Part shown: piece by piece, positions 45,947-58,519 of the stretch
Layout of the letters: each line of letters opens with the position of its first letter
Position numbering within the stretch: position 1 is the first letter of the stretch
NCBI RefSeq assembly: GCF_044704955.1
Contig: NC_091996.1
Location: 97,526,001-97,590,000 of the forward strand
Origin: Pristiophorus japonicus
Taxonomy: Eukaryota
DNA: 64,000 bases
Reading direction: 5' to 3'
Program-made: the position numbers and the translations under genes
The notes under the pieces: generated by a model
What the model was told of the DNA's origin: nothing
Seen by the model: the letters and a program-made list of their open reading frames with translations, nothing else
Databases searched by the model: none

Positions 45947-47745
45947 CGATCCATAGTGAAACACTCAATAAATTGTATTAATAACCCGATCATGTCGGCT
46001 GTACAACCTTTACACCACAGCTCCAAAATGGTTATGAAAACTGATGACTGGTACTTGTAGTAACAGAATCTGCCGACATAGCACAGTGCAAAGGAGACAT
46101 TCAAAATGGGTGGCGTACTAAACGTGATATATACCGGGCGTTTTCCCCAAGCTATCTCCCTTCTGGTATGCCTCCCAAGTGGCCATTCTTCATGTGTTAC
46201 CCCGGATCATAGAATGCTATAGCACCGAAGGCCATCCGGCCTGTCGAGCCTGAGCCGGCTCTTAGAAATGGCTATCCAATCAGTCCCACTCCCCCCCGAT
46301 CTTTCCCTGTCGTACTGCAATTGTTTTCCAGTATTTATCCAATTCCCGGTTTGAAAGTTACTATTGAATCTGCTCCCACCGCCCTTTCAGGCAGCGCGTT
46401 CCTGATCACAACAACTCGCTGCGTAAAGAAAAATATTTCCTCATCTCCCCCTCTGGTTCCATCGCCAATTATTGTCAATCTGTGTCCCTCTGGTAACTGA
46501 CCCTCCTGCCCCGAGAACAGTTTCGCCTTATTGACTATCAAAACCCCCCATTATTTTGAACACCTCGATCAAATCTCCCCTTAACCTTCTCTGCTCCGAG
46601 GAGAACAATCCCAGCTTCTCCAGGTAATTGAATTCCCTCCTCCCTGGTAACATTCGAGCTAATCTCCTCTGCACCCTCTCTTACAGTGTTAACATCTTTT
46701 TTGCAACTTCTCCAGTGCCTCTGTATCCTTTTTGTAATATGGAGACCAGAACTGTGCACAGTGCTCCAAGTGTGGCCCAACCAAGGTTGTGTACAACTCC
46801 CACATAACTTCCCTGCTGCTCAGTTCTATTCTCTCGAAATGAACCCCAGTGCTTGGCCATTTTTTATGGCCTTGTGAACCTGCATTGCTATTTGTAGTGA
46901 TTTGTGAATGTGTATCCCTGGATCCATTTGCTCCTCTATCCCATTTAGACTGTTATTATCCCAGGAGTATACGACCTCCTTATTCCTACCAATATGCCCC
47001 ACCTCACACTTACCTACGTGGAAATGAATTTGCCACCTTCACGCCCGTTCTGCCTGTTCCCGCCACACCGTGTGGTGTTGGGCCACTTACCCACCGAGTT
47101 CCCAGGTTCTTCCGTTTGTGTCGAGGTGTCTGGTGACAGGGCAGAAGGGTCGATAACCCGGGGGCACAGATTTAAGGTGAGGACCGGAGACGACTTGAGG
47201 GAAAACATTTCTCATGCAGTGAGTGGTTAGAGTTTGGAACGCACTGCCTGGATACAGATTCAATAGCAGCCTTCAAAAGGGAATCGGAAAGTACGTGAAG
47301 GAGAAATAACTGCAGGGCTACGGGGAAAGAGTGGGGGAGGGTAGGACTAACTGGGCTGCTCTTCGAAAGAGCGGGGCAGGCTCAAGGGGCCGAATGGCCT
47401 TCTGTGCTGTACTATTCAACGTGGCCTCATCATGTCCCTGGATGAGAGGAAGCAAACAGACAGGTTGCCCACTCCAGACGCTTGCTATGTGTGGTCATGG
47501 TGCGAAGACAGGACTAGTGTCAGCTGTCAGGCCCTCCATAACTTTATCGGCACAACAGCAGCTGCTCTCTGTTACATCGGATATACGACACAGAAACAGG
47601 CCATTCGGCCCAAACAGTCGTTGACTGCCCGTCCGTCTGGGTTCTCTCACTGTTTAAAACGTGGGGGATTTTTTTATTAATAAATTCAAACATTTCAAAA
47701 AGCCAATCATTAGAAATGAATTACTTCGAAGCCATAGTTTGGTTT

Positions 47746-48595
47746 GTCAGCTGTGGCCCAGTGGGCCAGGTCAGTGATTGGAGCGTGGGCAGGTACAGCA
47801 GGAGTGGCGAGAGACTGTGGAGGGATGTGACCGGGGCCCGGGAGAGGCGAGGGCCCAGGGGCAGCACGGGACCAGCCCACACTGCGATATGTGAGCTCAC
47901 TGGGTCCGTGCAGCAGAGCTGGTCTCCAGTCGTCCTGGTTAACCCTTGCCACTGGACCAAGACCTCGCTCTGTCAAGCCCCGTGTGGTGGCTGGTGTACA
48001 ACGGTCACCCCATGTTAAACAATCCACCCACAGGCATCTTCCACCCTTCAGGATGTAGTTCAGGATCCGGAATATTAGGTCCTTCATCCCTTTTTGGCGT
48101 GGAAGCAAGTCATCCTCGCTTCAAGGGACTGCCTCTGATGAGTGGGTAGCACTTTCTCTCACCTTTGAGTCAGAAGTTGTGGGTTCAACTCCCATTCCAG
48201 GGTCTTGAGCACAAAAACAAATCCAGGCTGACACTAACACAGTGCTGAGGGAGCGCTGCACTGTCGGAGGTGCCATCTTTCGGATGAGACGTTAAACCGA
48301 GGCCCCGTCTGCTCTCAAGTGGGCGTAAAAGATCCCATGGCACTATTTCAAAGAGCAGGGGAGTTATCCCCGGTGTCCTGGGGCCAATATTTATCCCTCA
48401 ATCAACATAACAAAATAAAACAGATTATCCAGCCAAGATCACATGGCTGTTTGTGGGAGCTTGCTGTGTGCAAATTGGCTGCTGCGTTTCCCACATTACA
48501 ACAGTGACCACACTCCAAAAAGTACTTCATTGGCTGTAAAGCGCTTTGGGACGTCTGGTGGTCGTGAAAGGCACTATATAAATCCAAGTCTTTTT
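47746..48595 (+). mobile_element. Single-unit Deu-SINE whose A-box is split by RTE-derived element copy 3 (47766-48140)
   Basis: gtcagctgtggccc-agtggg [insert] agtggg-tagcact; 6-bp TSD agtggg. Confidence 0.85.
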
Positions 48596-49034
48596 AATTA
48601 TTTGAGTGAGGGCAGTGGCAGGTCAAGAAATCCATCTTAAGGCTCTGTCGGGTTTTTTCCCACTTGTTCTCAACCACAGACACTTATCACTTCAGAGATT
48701 TACATGCTATAATCTTGTAATGAGATAATTTTTTCTAAATGTCATGGACTAAGAATAGATTTTATACACACAGTACTTAGTTCCTGATTACTATATACCA
48801 CAACCTTACATTTGTTATCAAAGTGGGTTACGCAAACGAAGTTGCTCCATATTGTTTGCTGGGATGCACCGTGCACAGTAATGCATGAGTCCAGTGTTAA
48901 ACCTCAACAAACTTTGCTCTTCGTGGCAATCCTGAGCTTATCATTCTTATCATTCCATCTATCGCCAGTGGGTCAGAATCATCGTCAACACCAGGGAATG
49001 TTTCCCAGCCTTCAGTGAGGACATATCTCATACC

Positions 49035-50830
49035 GGTCAGCACCCAGCGCCCACACAGGGTCAGCACTCAGCACCCACACAGGGTCAGCACCCAGCACCC
49101 ACACCGGTCAGCACCCAGCACCCACACACAGGGTCAGCACCCAGCACCCACACACAGGGTCAGCACCCAGCACCCACACACAGGGTCAGCACCCAGCACC
49201 CACACACAGGGTCAGCACCCAGCACCCATACAGGGTCAGCACTCAGCACCCACACACAGGGTCAGCACTCAGCACCCACACACAGGGTCAGCACCCAGCA
49301 CCCACACAGGGTCAGCACTCAGCACCCACACACAGGGTCAGCACCCAGCACCCACACACAGGGTCAGCACCCAGCACCCACACACAGGGTCAGCACCCAG
49401 CACCCACACAGGGTCAGCACTCAGCACCCACACACAGGGTCAGCACTCAGCACCCACACACAGGGTCAGCACCCAGCGTCCACACACAGGGTCAGCACCC
49501 AGCACCCACACACAGGGTCAGCACCCAGCACCCACACACAGGGTCAGCACTCAGCACCCACACACAGGGTCAGCACTCAGCACCCACACACAGGGTCAGC
49601 ACTCAGCACCCACACACAGGGTCAGCACTCAGCACCCACACACAGGGTCAGCACCCAACACCCACACACCGGGTCAGCACCCACACAGTGTCAGCACCCA
49701 CACACCGGGTCAGCACCCATCACCCACACCGGGTCAGCACCCAGCACCCACACACCGGGTCAGCACTCACACAGTGTCAGCACCCACACACCGGGTCAGC
49801 ACCCAACACCCACACACCGGGTCAGCACCCACACAGTGTCAGCACCCACACACCGGGTCAGCACCCAGCACCCACACACAGGGTCAGCACTCAGCACCCA
49901 CACACAGGGTCAGCACTCAGCACCCACACACAGGGTCAGCACCCAGCACCCACACAGGGTCAGCACCCAGCACCCATACACAGGGTCAGCACCCAGCACC
50001 CACACACCGGGTCAGCACCCACACAGTGTCAGCACCCACACACCGGGTCAGCACCCAGCACCCACACACAGGGTCAGCACCCAGCACCCACACAGTGTCA
50101 GCACCCACACACCGGGTCAGCACCCACACAGTGTCAGCACCCACACACCGGGTCAGCACCCAGCACCCACACACAGGGTCAGCACCCAGCACCCACACAG
50201 TGTCAGCACCCACACACCGGGTCAGCACCCAGCACCCACACCGGGTCAGCACCCAGCACCCACACACAGGGTCAGCACCCAGCACCCACACACAGGGTCA
50301 GCACCCAGCACCCACACACAGGGTCAGCACCCAGCACCCACACACAGGGTCAGCACCCAGCACCCACACACCAGGTCAGCACCCACACAGTATCAGCACC
50401 CACACACCGGGTCAGCACCCAGCACCCACACACCGGGTCAGCACCCACACAGGGTCAGCACCCAGCACCCACACAGGGTCAGCACCCAGCACCCACACAC
50501 AGGGTCAGCACCCAGCACCCACACACAGGGTCAGCACCCAGCACCCACACACAGGGTCAGCACCCAGCACCCACACACAGGGTCAGCACTCACACAGTGT
50601 CAGTACCCACACACTGGGTCAGCACCCACACACCGGGTCAGCACCCAGCACCCACACAGGGTCAGCACCCAGCACCCACACACAGGGTCAGCACTCAGCA
50701 CCCACACACAGGGTCAGCACCCAGCACCCACACACAGGGTCAGCACCCAGCACCCACACAGTGTCAGCACCCAGCACCCACACAGTGTCAGCACCCAGCA
50801 CCCACACAGGGTCAGCACCGAGGAGTCAGC
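49035..50830. repeat. CA-rich minisatellite, ~26-bp unit GGGTCAGCACCCAGCACCCACACACA (~70 units)
   Basis: Direct tandem periodicity with shorter 24/19/17-bp variants. Confidence 0.95.
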
Positions 50831-51317
50831 ACCTTCAGGAGGAGGGGAGAAAGTTGAAAACACTTCAAAAAGGCAAGGTGGTGAAAAAATAAGGAAGTTC
50901 TGCATAAATACGTAAAGGAATTATCACAATGTCATAAACGGTTTGTTCCAGATGTGATAACATTTATTGGGCTCATGTACTCAGGCCATTAGTCACTGAA
51001 TTTTGCAACACGATCGTGCGATTGTCTGAGATTTTATATTTATTTCTGTTCCTCAAGGTCATCGGTTGTCAGTTCCAAAATCCTCTCTCTGTGTACAGAC
51101 TGAATCATAGACCCGTCACCCTCCCGGAGTTGTATTGAAGTTTGCTATTTAAAAAAAGGTCTTATTTGCATAAGTTACAGATTTATTAAAGTCTGCAGCG
51201 GTCCCCATACACTCGGTACGAACTGACACTGGTACAAAACCGTATTTCCTGTCATCGATCAACAACGAATGGATTCTACATCTTACCAACCACTGTTCTC
51301 AGTGTCATGTAGGCAAT

Positions 51318-52660
51318 ACAGTATGAGGGAGTGCCGCACTGTCAGAGGGGCAGTACTGAGGGAGCGCAGCACTGTCGGAGGGGCAGTACTGAGGGAGTGC
51401 CGCACTGTCGGAGGGGCAGTGCTGAGGGAGCCCCGCACTGTCGGAGGGGCAGTGCTGAAGGAGCCCCGCACTGTCGGAGGGGCAGTACTGAGGGAGCGCC
51501 GCACTGTCGGAGGGGCAGTACTGAGGGACCCCGCACTGTTGGAGGGGCAGTACTGAGGGAGTGCCGCACTGTCGGAGGGGCAGTACTGAGGGAGTGCCGC
51601 ACTGTCGGAGGGGCAGTGCTGAGGGAGCGCCGCACTGTCGGAGGGGCAGTGCTGAGGGACCCCGCACTGTTGGAGGGGCAGTACTGAGGGAGTGCCGCAC
51701 TGTCGGAGGGGCAGTACTGAGGGAGCGCCGCACTGTCGGAGGGGCAGTGCTGAGGGAGCGCCGCACTGTCGGAGGGGCAGTGCTGAGGGAGCGCCGCACT
51801 GTCGGAGGGGCAGTACTGAGGGAGTGCCGCACTGTCAGAGGGGCAGTACTGAGGGAGCGCCGCACTGTCGGAGGGGCAGTACTGAGGGAGCGCCGCACTA
51901 TCGGAGGGGCAGTACTGAGGGAGCGCCGCACTGTCGGAGGGGCAGTACTGAGGGAGCGCCGCACTGTCGGAGGGGCAGTGCTGAAGGAGCCCCGCACTGT
52001 CGGAGGGGCAGTACTAAAGGAGCCCCGCACTGTCGGAGGGGCAGTACTGAGGGAGCGCCGCACTGTCGGAGGGGCAGTACTGAGGGAGCGCCGCACTGTC
52101 GGAGGGGCAGTACTGAGGGAGCGCCGCACTGTCGGAGGGGCAGTACTGAGGGAGCGCCGCACTGTCGGAGGGGCAGTACTGAGGGAGTGCCGCACTGTCG
52201 GAGGGGCAGTACTGAGGGAGCGCCGCACTGTCGGAGGGGCAGTACTGAGGGAGCGCCGCACTGTCGGAGGGGCAGTACTGAGGGAGCGCCGCACTGTCGG
52301 AGGGGCAGTACTGAGAGGCGCCGCACTGTTGGAGGTGCCATCTATTGGATGAGACATTAAACCGAGGCCCCGTCTGCTCTCTCAAGTGAATGATAAAGAT
52401 CCCATGGTACTATTTCGAAAGAGAGCAGGGGAGTTATGCTCGGTGTCCTGGCCAATATTTATCCCTCAATCAAAATAACAAAAAAAAAGATTATCTGGTC
52501 ATTATCACATTGCTGTTTGTGGGAGCTTGCTGTGAACAAGTTGGCTGCCGCGTTTCCCACATTACAACAGTGCCTACACTCCAAAAAGTATTTCACTGGC
52601 TGTAAAGTGCTTTGAGATGTCTGGTGGTTGTGAAAGGCACTATATAAATGCAAGTCTTTC
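51318..52660 (+). mobile_element. Headless Deu-SINE with 33-bp array (~31 units, 51320-52335)
   Basis: Array runs into ggtgccatctattggatgagac body and full tail. Confidence 0.9.
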
Positions 52661-53583
52661 ATAGAAACATAGAAAATAGGTGCAGGAGTAGGCCATTCGG
52701 CCCTTCGAGCCTGCACCGCCATTCAATGAGTTCATGACTGAACATGCAACTTCAGTACCACATTCCTGCTTTCTCGCCATACCCCTTGATCCCCCTAGTA
52801 GTAAGGACTTCATCTAACTCCTTTTTGAATATATTTAGTGAATTGGCCTCAACAACTTTCTGTGGTAGAGAATTCCACAGGTTCACCACTCTCTGGGTGA
52901 AGAAGTTTCTCCTCATCTCGGTCCTAAATGGCTTACCCCTTACCCTTAAACTGTGACCCCTGGTTCTGGACTTCCCCAACATTGGGAACATTCTTCCTGC
53001 ATCTAACCTGTCTGAACCCGTCAGAATTTTAAACGTTTCTATGAGGTCCCCTCTCATTCTTCTGAACTCCAGTAAATACAAGCCTAGTTGATCCAGTCTT
53101 TCTTGATATGTCAGTCCCACCATCCCGGGAATCAGTCTGGTGAACCTTCGCTGCACTCCCTCAATAGCAAGAATGTCCTTCCTCAAGCTAGGAGACCAAA
53201 ACTGTACACAATACTCCAGGTGTGGCCTCACCAAGGCCCTGTACAACTGTAGCAACACCTCCCTGCCCCTGTACTCAAATCCCCTCGCTATGAAGGCCAA
53301 CATGCCATTTGCTTTTTTAACCGCCTGCTGTACCTGCATGCCAACCTTCAATGACTGATGTACCATGACACCCAGGTCTCGTTGCACCTCCCCTTTTCCT
53401 AATGTCACCATTGAGATAATAGTCTGTCTCTCTGTTTCCACCAAAGTGGATAACCTCACATTTATCCACATTATACTTCATCTGCCATGCATTTGCCCAC
53501 TCACCTAACCTATCCAAGTCACTCTGCAGCCTCATAGCATCCTCCTCGCAGCTCACACTGCCACCCAGCTCACACTGCCACCC
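52660..53583 (-). mobile_element. CR1 3' fragment, same young subfamily as 14815-18587
   Basis: Nearly identical ORF2 C-terminus and catagaaa tail; short duplication at the 5' junction. Confidence 0.9.
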
Positions 53584-53719
53584 TTACTCACTTTGTGTTG
53601 TGAACGAGTCAATGTTCCAGTCCATTGTTACTGACTAGTCTTTGAAAGAGGGCCCCCATCCCAAAAGGGCCTGTTGTTCAGGGCCATTCGGCCTCATGGT
53701 GCTGCAGAGCCACACATTG

Positions 53720-55420
53720 ATCATAGAAACATCGAAATTTACAGCGCAGGAGGCCATTCCGGCCCATCGTGTTCGCGCCGGCCGACAAAGAGCCGCACGG
53801 CCCTCGGTCAGCAGCCCTGAAGGTTACATATAAACCTATGAACAATGACGGAAAGGTAAAGAGCACCCAGCCCAACCAGTCCGCCTCACACAACTGTGAC
53901 ACCCCTTATACTGAAACATTCTACACTCCACCCCAACCGGAACCACGTGATCTCCTGGGAGAGGCCAAAACCAGATAAAAACCCAGGCCAATTTAGGGAA
54001 AAACAAATCTGGGAAAATTCCTCTCCGACCCATCCAGGCGATCGACACTAGACCAGGAGATCACCCTGGCCGTATTCTATTCCCTGCAGTACTTACCATT
54101 ATATCTGCGCCGTCCAACAAAAGGTCATCCAGTCTAATCCCAATTACCAGCTCTAGGTCTGTAACCCTGCAGGTTACTGCACTTTAAGTGCCCATCCAAC
54201 CATCTCTTAAAAGTGGTGAGGGTTTCTGCATCCACCACTCTTCCAGGCAGCGAGTTCCAGATCCCCACAACCCTCTGCGTAAAGAAGCCACCCTCAAATC
54301 CTCTCTAAACCTTCCAACCAACCACCTTAAAACTATGCCCCCTCGTAATAGACCCTTCCACCAATGGAAATAGGCCCTTACTATCCACTATGTCCAGGCC
54401 CCTCAATATTTTGTACACCTCAATGAGGTCTCCTCTCAACCTCCTCTGTTCCAATGAGAACAAACCCAGCCTATCCAATCTGTCCTCATAACTAAGATTC
54501 TCCATTCCAAGCAGCATCCTAGTAAATCTCCTCTCCACCCTCTCTAGTGCAATCACGTCCTTCCTATAATACGGCGACCTAAACTGCACGCAGTACTCCA
54601 GCTGTGGCCTAACCAAAGTATTATACAATTTAAGCATAACCTCCCTGCTCTTATATTCTAAGCCTCAGCCAATAAAGGCAAGCATTCCGTATGCCTTCTT
54701 AACCACCTTATCCACCTGGCCTGCTACTTTCAGGGATCTGTGGACAAGCACTCCAAGGTCCCTTTGTTTATCTACACTATTAAGTGGCCTACCGCTTAAT
54801 GTGTTCACCCTTTCCTTATTAGCCTTCCCAAAGTGCATCACCTCACACTTCTCTGAATTAAATTCCATTTGCCACTGCTCTGCCCACCTGACCAGTAGAT
54901 TGATATCCTCCTGCAGCCCATGACTTTCCTCTTCATTAAAATTGGCTGTGTGGTTGATAGTGTCATCTGCAAACTTCTTAATCATACTCCCTATATTCAA
55001 ATCTAAATCGTTGATATATACCACAAAAAGCAAGGGACCCAGTACTGAGCCCTGCGGAACCCCACTGGAAACATCCTTCCAGTCACAGAAACATCCATCA
55101 ACCATTACCCTTTGCTTCCTACCTCCAAACCAATTTTGGATCCAACTTGACACTTTGCCCTGCATCCCAATGGCTTCAACCTTCGTGACCAGTCTACCAC
55201 GTGGGACCTTATCAAAAGCTTTGCTAAAGTCTATATACACTACATCGTACGCACTACCCTCATCGACCCTCCTGGTTACCTCCTCAAAAAGTTCAATCAG
55301 GTTAGTCAAACATGATCTTCCCTTAACAAATCCGTGCTGACTGTCCCTAATTAATCCGTTCCTTTCCAAATGCAGATTTATCCTGTCTTTCAGGATTTTT
55401 TCCAATAATTTTCCCACCAC
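53720..55420 (-). mobile_element. CR1 LINE fragment with disrupted RT and long 3' UTR
   Basis: IDFSKAFD, GVPQGSVLGP, FADD, VRPQLEYC in split frames. Confidence 0.88.
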
Positions 55421-55526
55421 TGGACATGCTGCCAATAACCGTAAGCAACACTGACCTTCCCATTCGCAGACTTGACAAACCCTCCGGCCATTCTGGGAAA
55501 CAGCAGCCCCTAGTTATCGCGATCGG

Positions 55527-55975
55527 TAACATAGTGGTGGTGTTACTGGACCAGTAATTCAGAGACCGAGACAAATGATCCAGAGACGTGAGTTCAAATC
55601 CCACCGCGGCCACTGGGGAATTTAAATTCAGTTAATTAAACAAATCTGGAATAAAAAGCCAGTATCAGCGATGGTGAGCATGAAACTATCGGATTGTCGT
55701 AAAAACCCATCTGGGTCAACTAATGCCCCTTTAGGGAAGGAAATCTGCCACCCTTACCCTATAGGTGGCCTATAGGTGACTCCAGACCCACAGCAATGTG
55801 GTTGACCCTTAAATGACCCTCTGGAATGGCCCCTCAGTTATACCAAACCGCTCCGACAAAGTGGGAGTAACACGGACTGCAGCGGTTCAAGAAGGCGGCT
55901 CACCACCACCTTCTCAAGGGGCAATAAATGCCGGCCTTGCCAGCGACGCCCACATCCCGTGAACGAATTGTTAAA
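55527..55975 (+). mobile_element. Second tRNA-derived SINE family, full copy
   Basis: A-box-like atagtgg, B-box GAGTTCAAATCC, tail gccagcgacgcccacatccc. Confidence 0.75.
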
Positions 55976-55979
55976 AAGC

Positions 55980-56240
55980 TGGTATCGACCCGCTATCCAG
56001 ACGGACGGGATTGTGGGGTGCCCCCTCATCACTGACCCAGCAGCAGGGGTGCCAGGCCTCGCCCTCCCTCCCTCGGAGACAGTGGGCAGCGACCGACCCA
56101 ATCCGCACAGGCCATGGGCAATGTGGCCTTCCGCTCCACAAGTGGACGATGAGGGAGGACCCGAAGTGCGACTGTGGCCATGAGTCGCAGACCGCGGAAC
56201 ACATCACATCGACCTGCCCACTGCGATCTGCTGCGGGAGG
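55980..56240 (+). mobile_element. Vingi/ingi-like LINE C-terminal zinc-finger fragment
   Basis: LPRRQW..RTGHG.C..LHKW..CDCG..QTAEHI..CP (CCHC) motif. Confidence 0.6.
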
Positions 56241-56364
56241 GACCTCATTTTCCCCACTCGGCATCTCAGGAGGCCGGCGAATGGAGAGCCAAACGAGACG
56301 AGACGAGACGTCATACCTTGGTGTCATCCTGAAATAATGAGCTTCCGGCCACATATTCGCAGTA

Positions 56365-56531
56365 TAACTCCCTCAGTACTGCCCCTCCGACAGTGCGGGG
56401 CTCCCTCAGTACTGCCCCTCCGACAGTGCGGCACTCCCTCAGTACTGCCCCTCCGACAGTGCGGCACTCCCTCAGTACTGCCCCTCCGACAGTGCGGCGC
56501 TCCCTCAGTACTGCCCCTCCGACAGTGCGGC
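56365..56531 (-). repeat. Free-standing 33-bp array (5 units) 55 nt downstream of the MBLAC1 stop
   Basis: Same unit, with no SINE head or body adjacent. Confidence 0.9.
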
Positions 56532-56585
56532 AGTCGCAGTCAAAGATAAAAGCGGCGGGGTATAAAGACGCAGGAATCAGTCGCT

Positions 56586-57242
56586 TCACAGAACAGGCTG
56601 GTACTCCTTTATTACTCTGAAGGGTGGCCCATGCCCAGGAACAATCACGTCAGCCAAGGCCTGCACCTTCTCTCTGTGCTGCGCCTGGAGCTGGGGGTCC
56701 TCGCTCAGTTGCTGCCAGCTGCCGTCATCGCCCTCTCGTTCAAACAGGTCCCCGCACACCACCACCGTGCCCTGCTCCGTGCCCCGCACCAGGACGCTGA
56801 CGTCACTGCCGCAGTGGCCGGGGGTGGCGAAGACCTCGAGGTGCTCGTCGATGGTGAACGGCAGGCCGGCGCGGAAGTCATGGCTCAGGTAGATGTCCCC
56901 CCTGCAGATGTCGTAGGACACGATGAAGGTGGCGTCGGGGAACAGGTTGAGGTTGCCCACGTGGTCGGAGTGGCCGTGGGTGCAGACCACGAAGGAGACG
57001 TCCTTGGGCTCGAGGCCATGTCTCGCCAGGCTCTGCAGTATCACCTCCCTGTCCCAAGGGTTCCCGGTGTCCACCATCACCACCCGCGGACCTTTAACCA
57101 GGGTGATGGAGCCATCGGCTCTGGTGTTGCCGTCTTGGCCCGTGTAGGCGTAGCCCTCTTTGATGACAAAAACCGAGTAAGGGTCGCCCAATATGGCGGG
57201 TGCGGCCACTGGCTGTGTCCGAATTTTTAAAGCAACACTCAT
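56586..57242 (-). CDS. MBLAC1: Metallo-beta-lactamase domain-containing protein 1 (218 aa, intronless CDS)
   Basis: accATG at 57242; RADGSITLV, VDTG, THGHSDHVGNL (HxHxDH), TPGH, GDLFE, VPGHG motifs; high GC3; adjacent to TAF6 as in human 7q22.1. Confidence 0.92.
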   Translation of the reverse strand: MSVALKIRTQPVAAPAILGDPYSVFVIKEGYAYTGQDGNTRADGSITLVKGPRVVMVDTGNPWDREVILQSLARHGLEPKDVSFVVCTHGHSDHVGNLNLFPDATFIVSYDICRGDIYLSHDFRAGLPFTIDEHLEVFATPGHCGSDVSVLVRGTEQGTVVVCGDLFEREGDDGSWQQLSEDPQLQAQHREKVQALADVIVPGHGPPFRVIKEYQPVL

Positions 57243-57911
57243 GGTCACACGGCGACGCTGGATAACCGAGAGGAAACTTCAAACGCAACCCAACGGATGT
57301 CAACAGATGTTCTTATCCTGCTTCAAGACAAAAAGAAAAGGCATTGAAAACCAAATAAAGCGGCTGCACAAAGCTCGAGACATTCCTGCTTAAATACAAT
57401 GAGTCTGTATTTGTGTGGCTAGTGGCTGTGGTCAGTGGTCAGCACTCTCTCTCGCCTGGGTCAGAAACACGGAAAATAGGTGCAGGAGTCGGCCATTCGG
57501 CCCTTCGAGCCTGCACCGCCATTCAATAAGATCATGGCTGAACATTCCCTCAGTATCCCTTTCCTGCTTTCAGGCTGGTTGTGGGTTCAAGTCCCACTCC
57601 AGGCCGACACTCCCAGTGCAGTGCTGATGTCCCACAGCAAGCAGGACAGTGACCAAGGGTTAGTGACTGGGCCGTTTCCCACCCCCTCACCATCACCCCA
57701 AGTGTTGCAGAGACATGTCTGTTCCTCCCGCTAATAGGAAGACTCGCATTGATACAGTGCCTTCCAGAGCAGACGGGGCCTCGGTTTAACCTCTTATCCA
57801 AACAGCACTGCTAACTGAGCTGGAGGGGAGCCCTGGTACACACAGGTTTAACCAGGATTCTATTTGCTTTGTACACACAGCATTAACAAAGGTAATACAT
57901 TTCTCTCTCCC

Positions 57912-58111
57912 NNNNNNNNNNNNNNNNNNNNNNNNNNNNNNNNNNNNNNNNNNNNNNNNNNNNNNNNNNNNNNNNNNNNNNNNNNNNNNNNNNNNNNNNN
58001 NNNNNNNNNNNNNNNNNNNNNNNNNNNNNNNNNNNNNNNNNNNNNNNNNNNNNNNNNNNNNNNNNNNNNNNNNNNNNNNNNNNNNNNNNNNNNNNNNNNN
58101 NNNNNNNNNNN
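57912..58111. other. Assembly gap (200 N placeholder)
   Basis: Run of exactly 200 N flanked by CT-rich low-complexity sequence. Confidence 0.99.
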
Positions 58112-58193
58112 CTCTCTCCGCGCCCCCCCTCCCTCTCCGGCAAAAGGTAGTGTATAGTGTGTGCTCTGTATTAAGTGTTTGTCCCCTCCGCAG

Positions 58194-58336
58194 GTAAAGA
58201 TAAGAAGAAGTCGCTGCTGGATGGTGGTGTGATGAAACTGAAGCCTCGGACCACGCACGAACTGTCGGTGGAGCAGCAGCTGTATTACAAGGAGATCACC
58301 GAGGCCTGCGTGGGATCCTGTGAAGCCAAGAGAGCA
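58194..58336 (+). CDS. TAF6: Transcription initiation factor TFIID subunit 6, internal exon
   Basis: cag| ... |gtaaga; [33 protein letters not shown] matches vertebrate TAF6. Confidence 0.95.
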
Positions 58337-58441
58337 GTAAGATCTCTTCATTTATTAGAACGATGTTGTGTTTTACAAACAAGTCTGTTCTGTTTTTGCC
58401 ATAATCTCAAGGGTGACCTCTTTGCTCATTATTTCCAACAG

Positions 58442-58519
58442 GAGGCGCTGCAGAGCATAGCCACGGACCCAGGCTTGTACCAAATGCTGCCCAGATTCAG
58501 CACCTTCATATCGGAAGGG
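58442..58519 (+). CDS. TAF6: TAF6 internal exon
   Basis: cag| [26 protein letters not shown] |gtaaga; 78 nt after a 105-bp intron. Confidence 0.95.

Noticed and set aside
49015-50915. 625-aa His/Thr/Pro-rich ORF
   Set aside because: Translation of a CA-rich minisatellite open in all three + frames.
50830-51317. AT-rich unique stretch with - strand AATAAA (~50963) as the distal MBLAC1 3' end
   Set aside because: It is 5.6 kb from the stop across many repeats; unsupported without transcript data.
56586-57248. Intronless metallo-beta-lactamase as a horizontally acquired bacterial gene or retrocopy
   Set aside because: Motifs and TAF6 linkage fit vertebrate MBLAC1, whose CDS is normally single-exon; an upstream splice acceptor is present. 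The listed GTG start at 57248 is replaced by ATG 57242.
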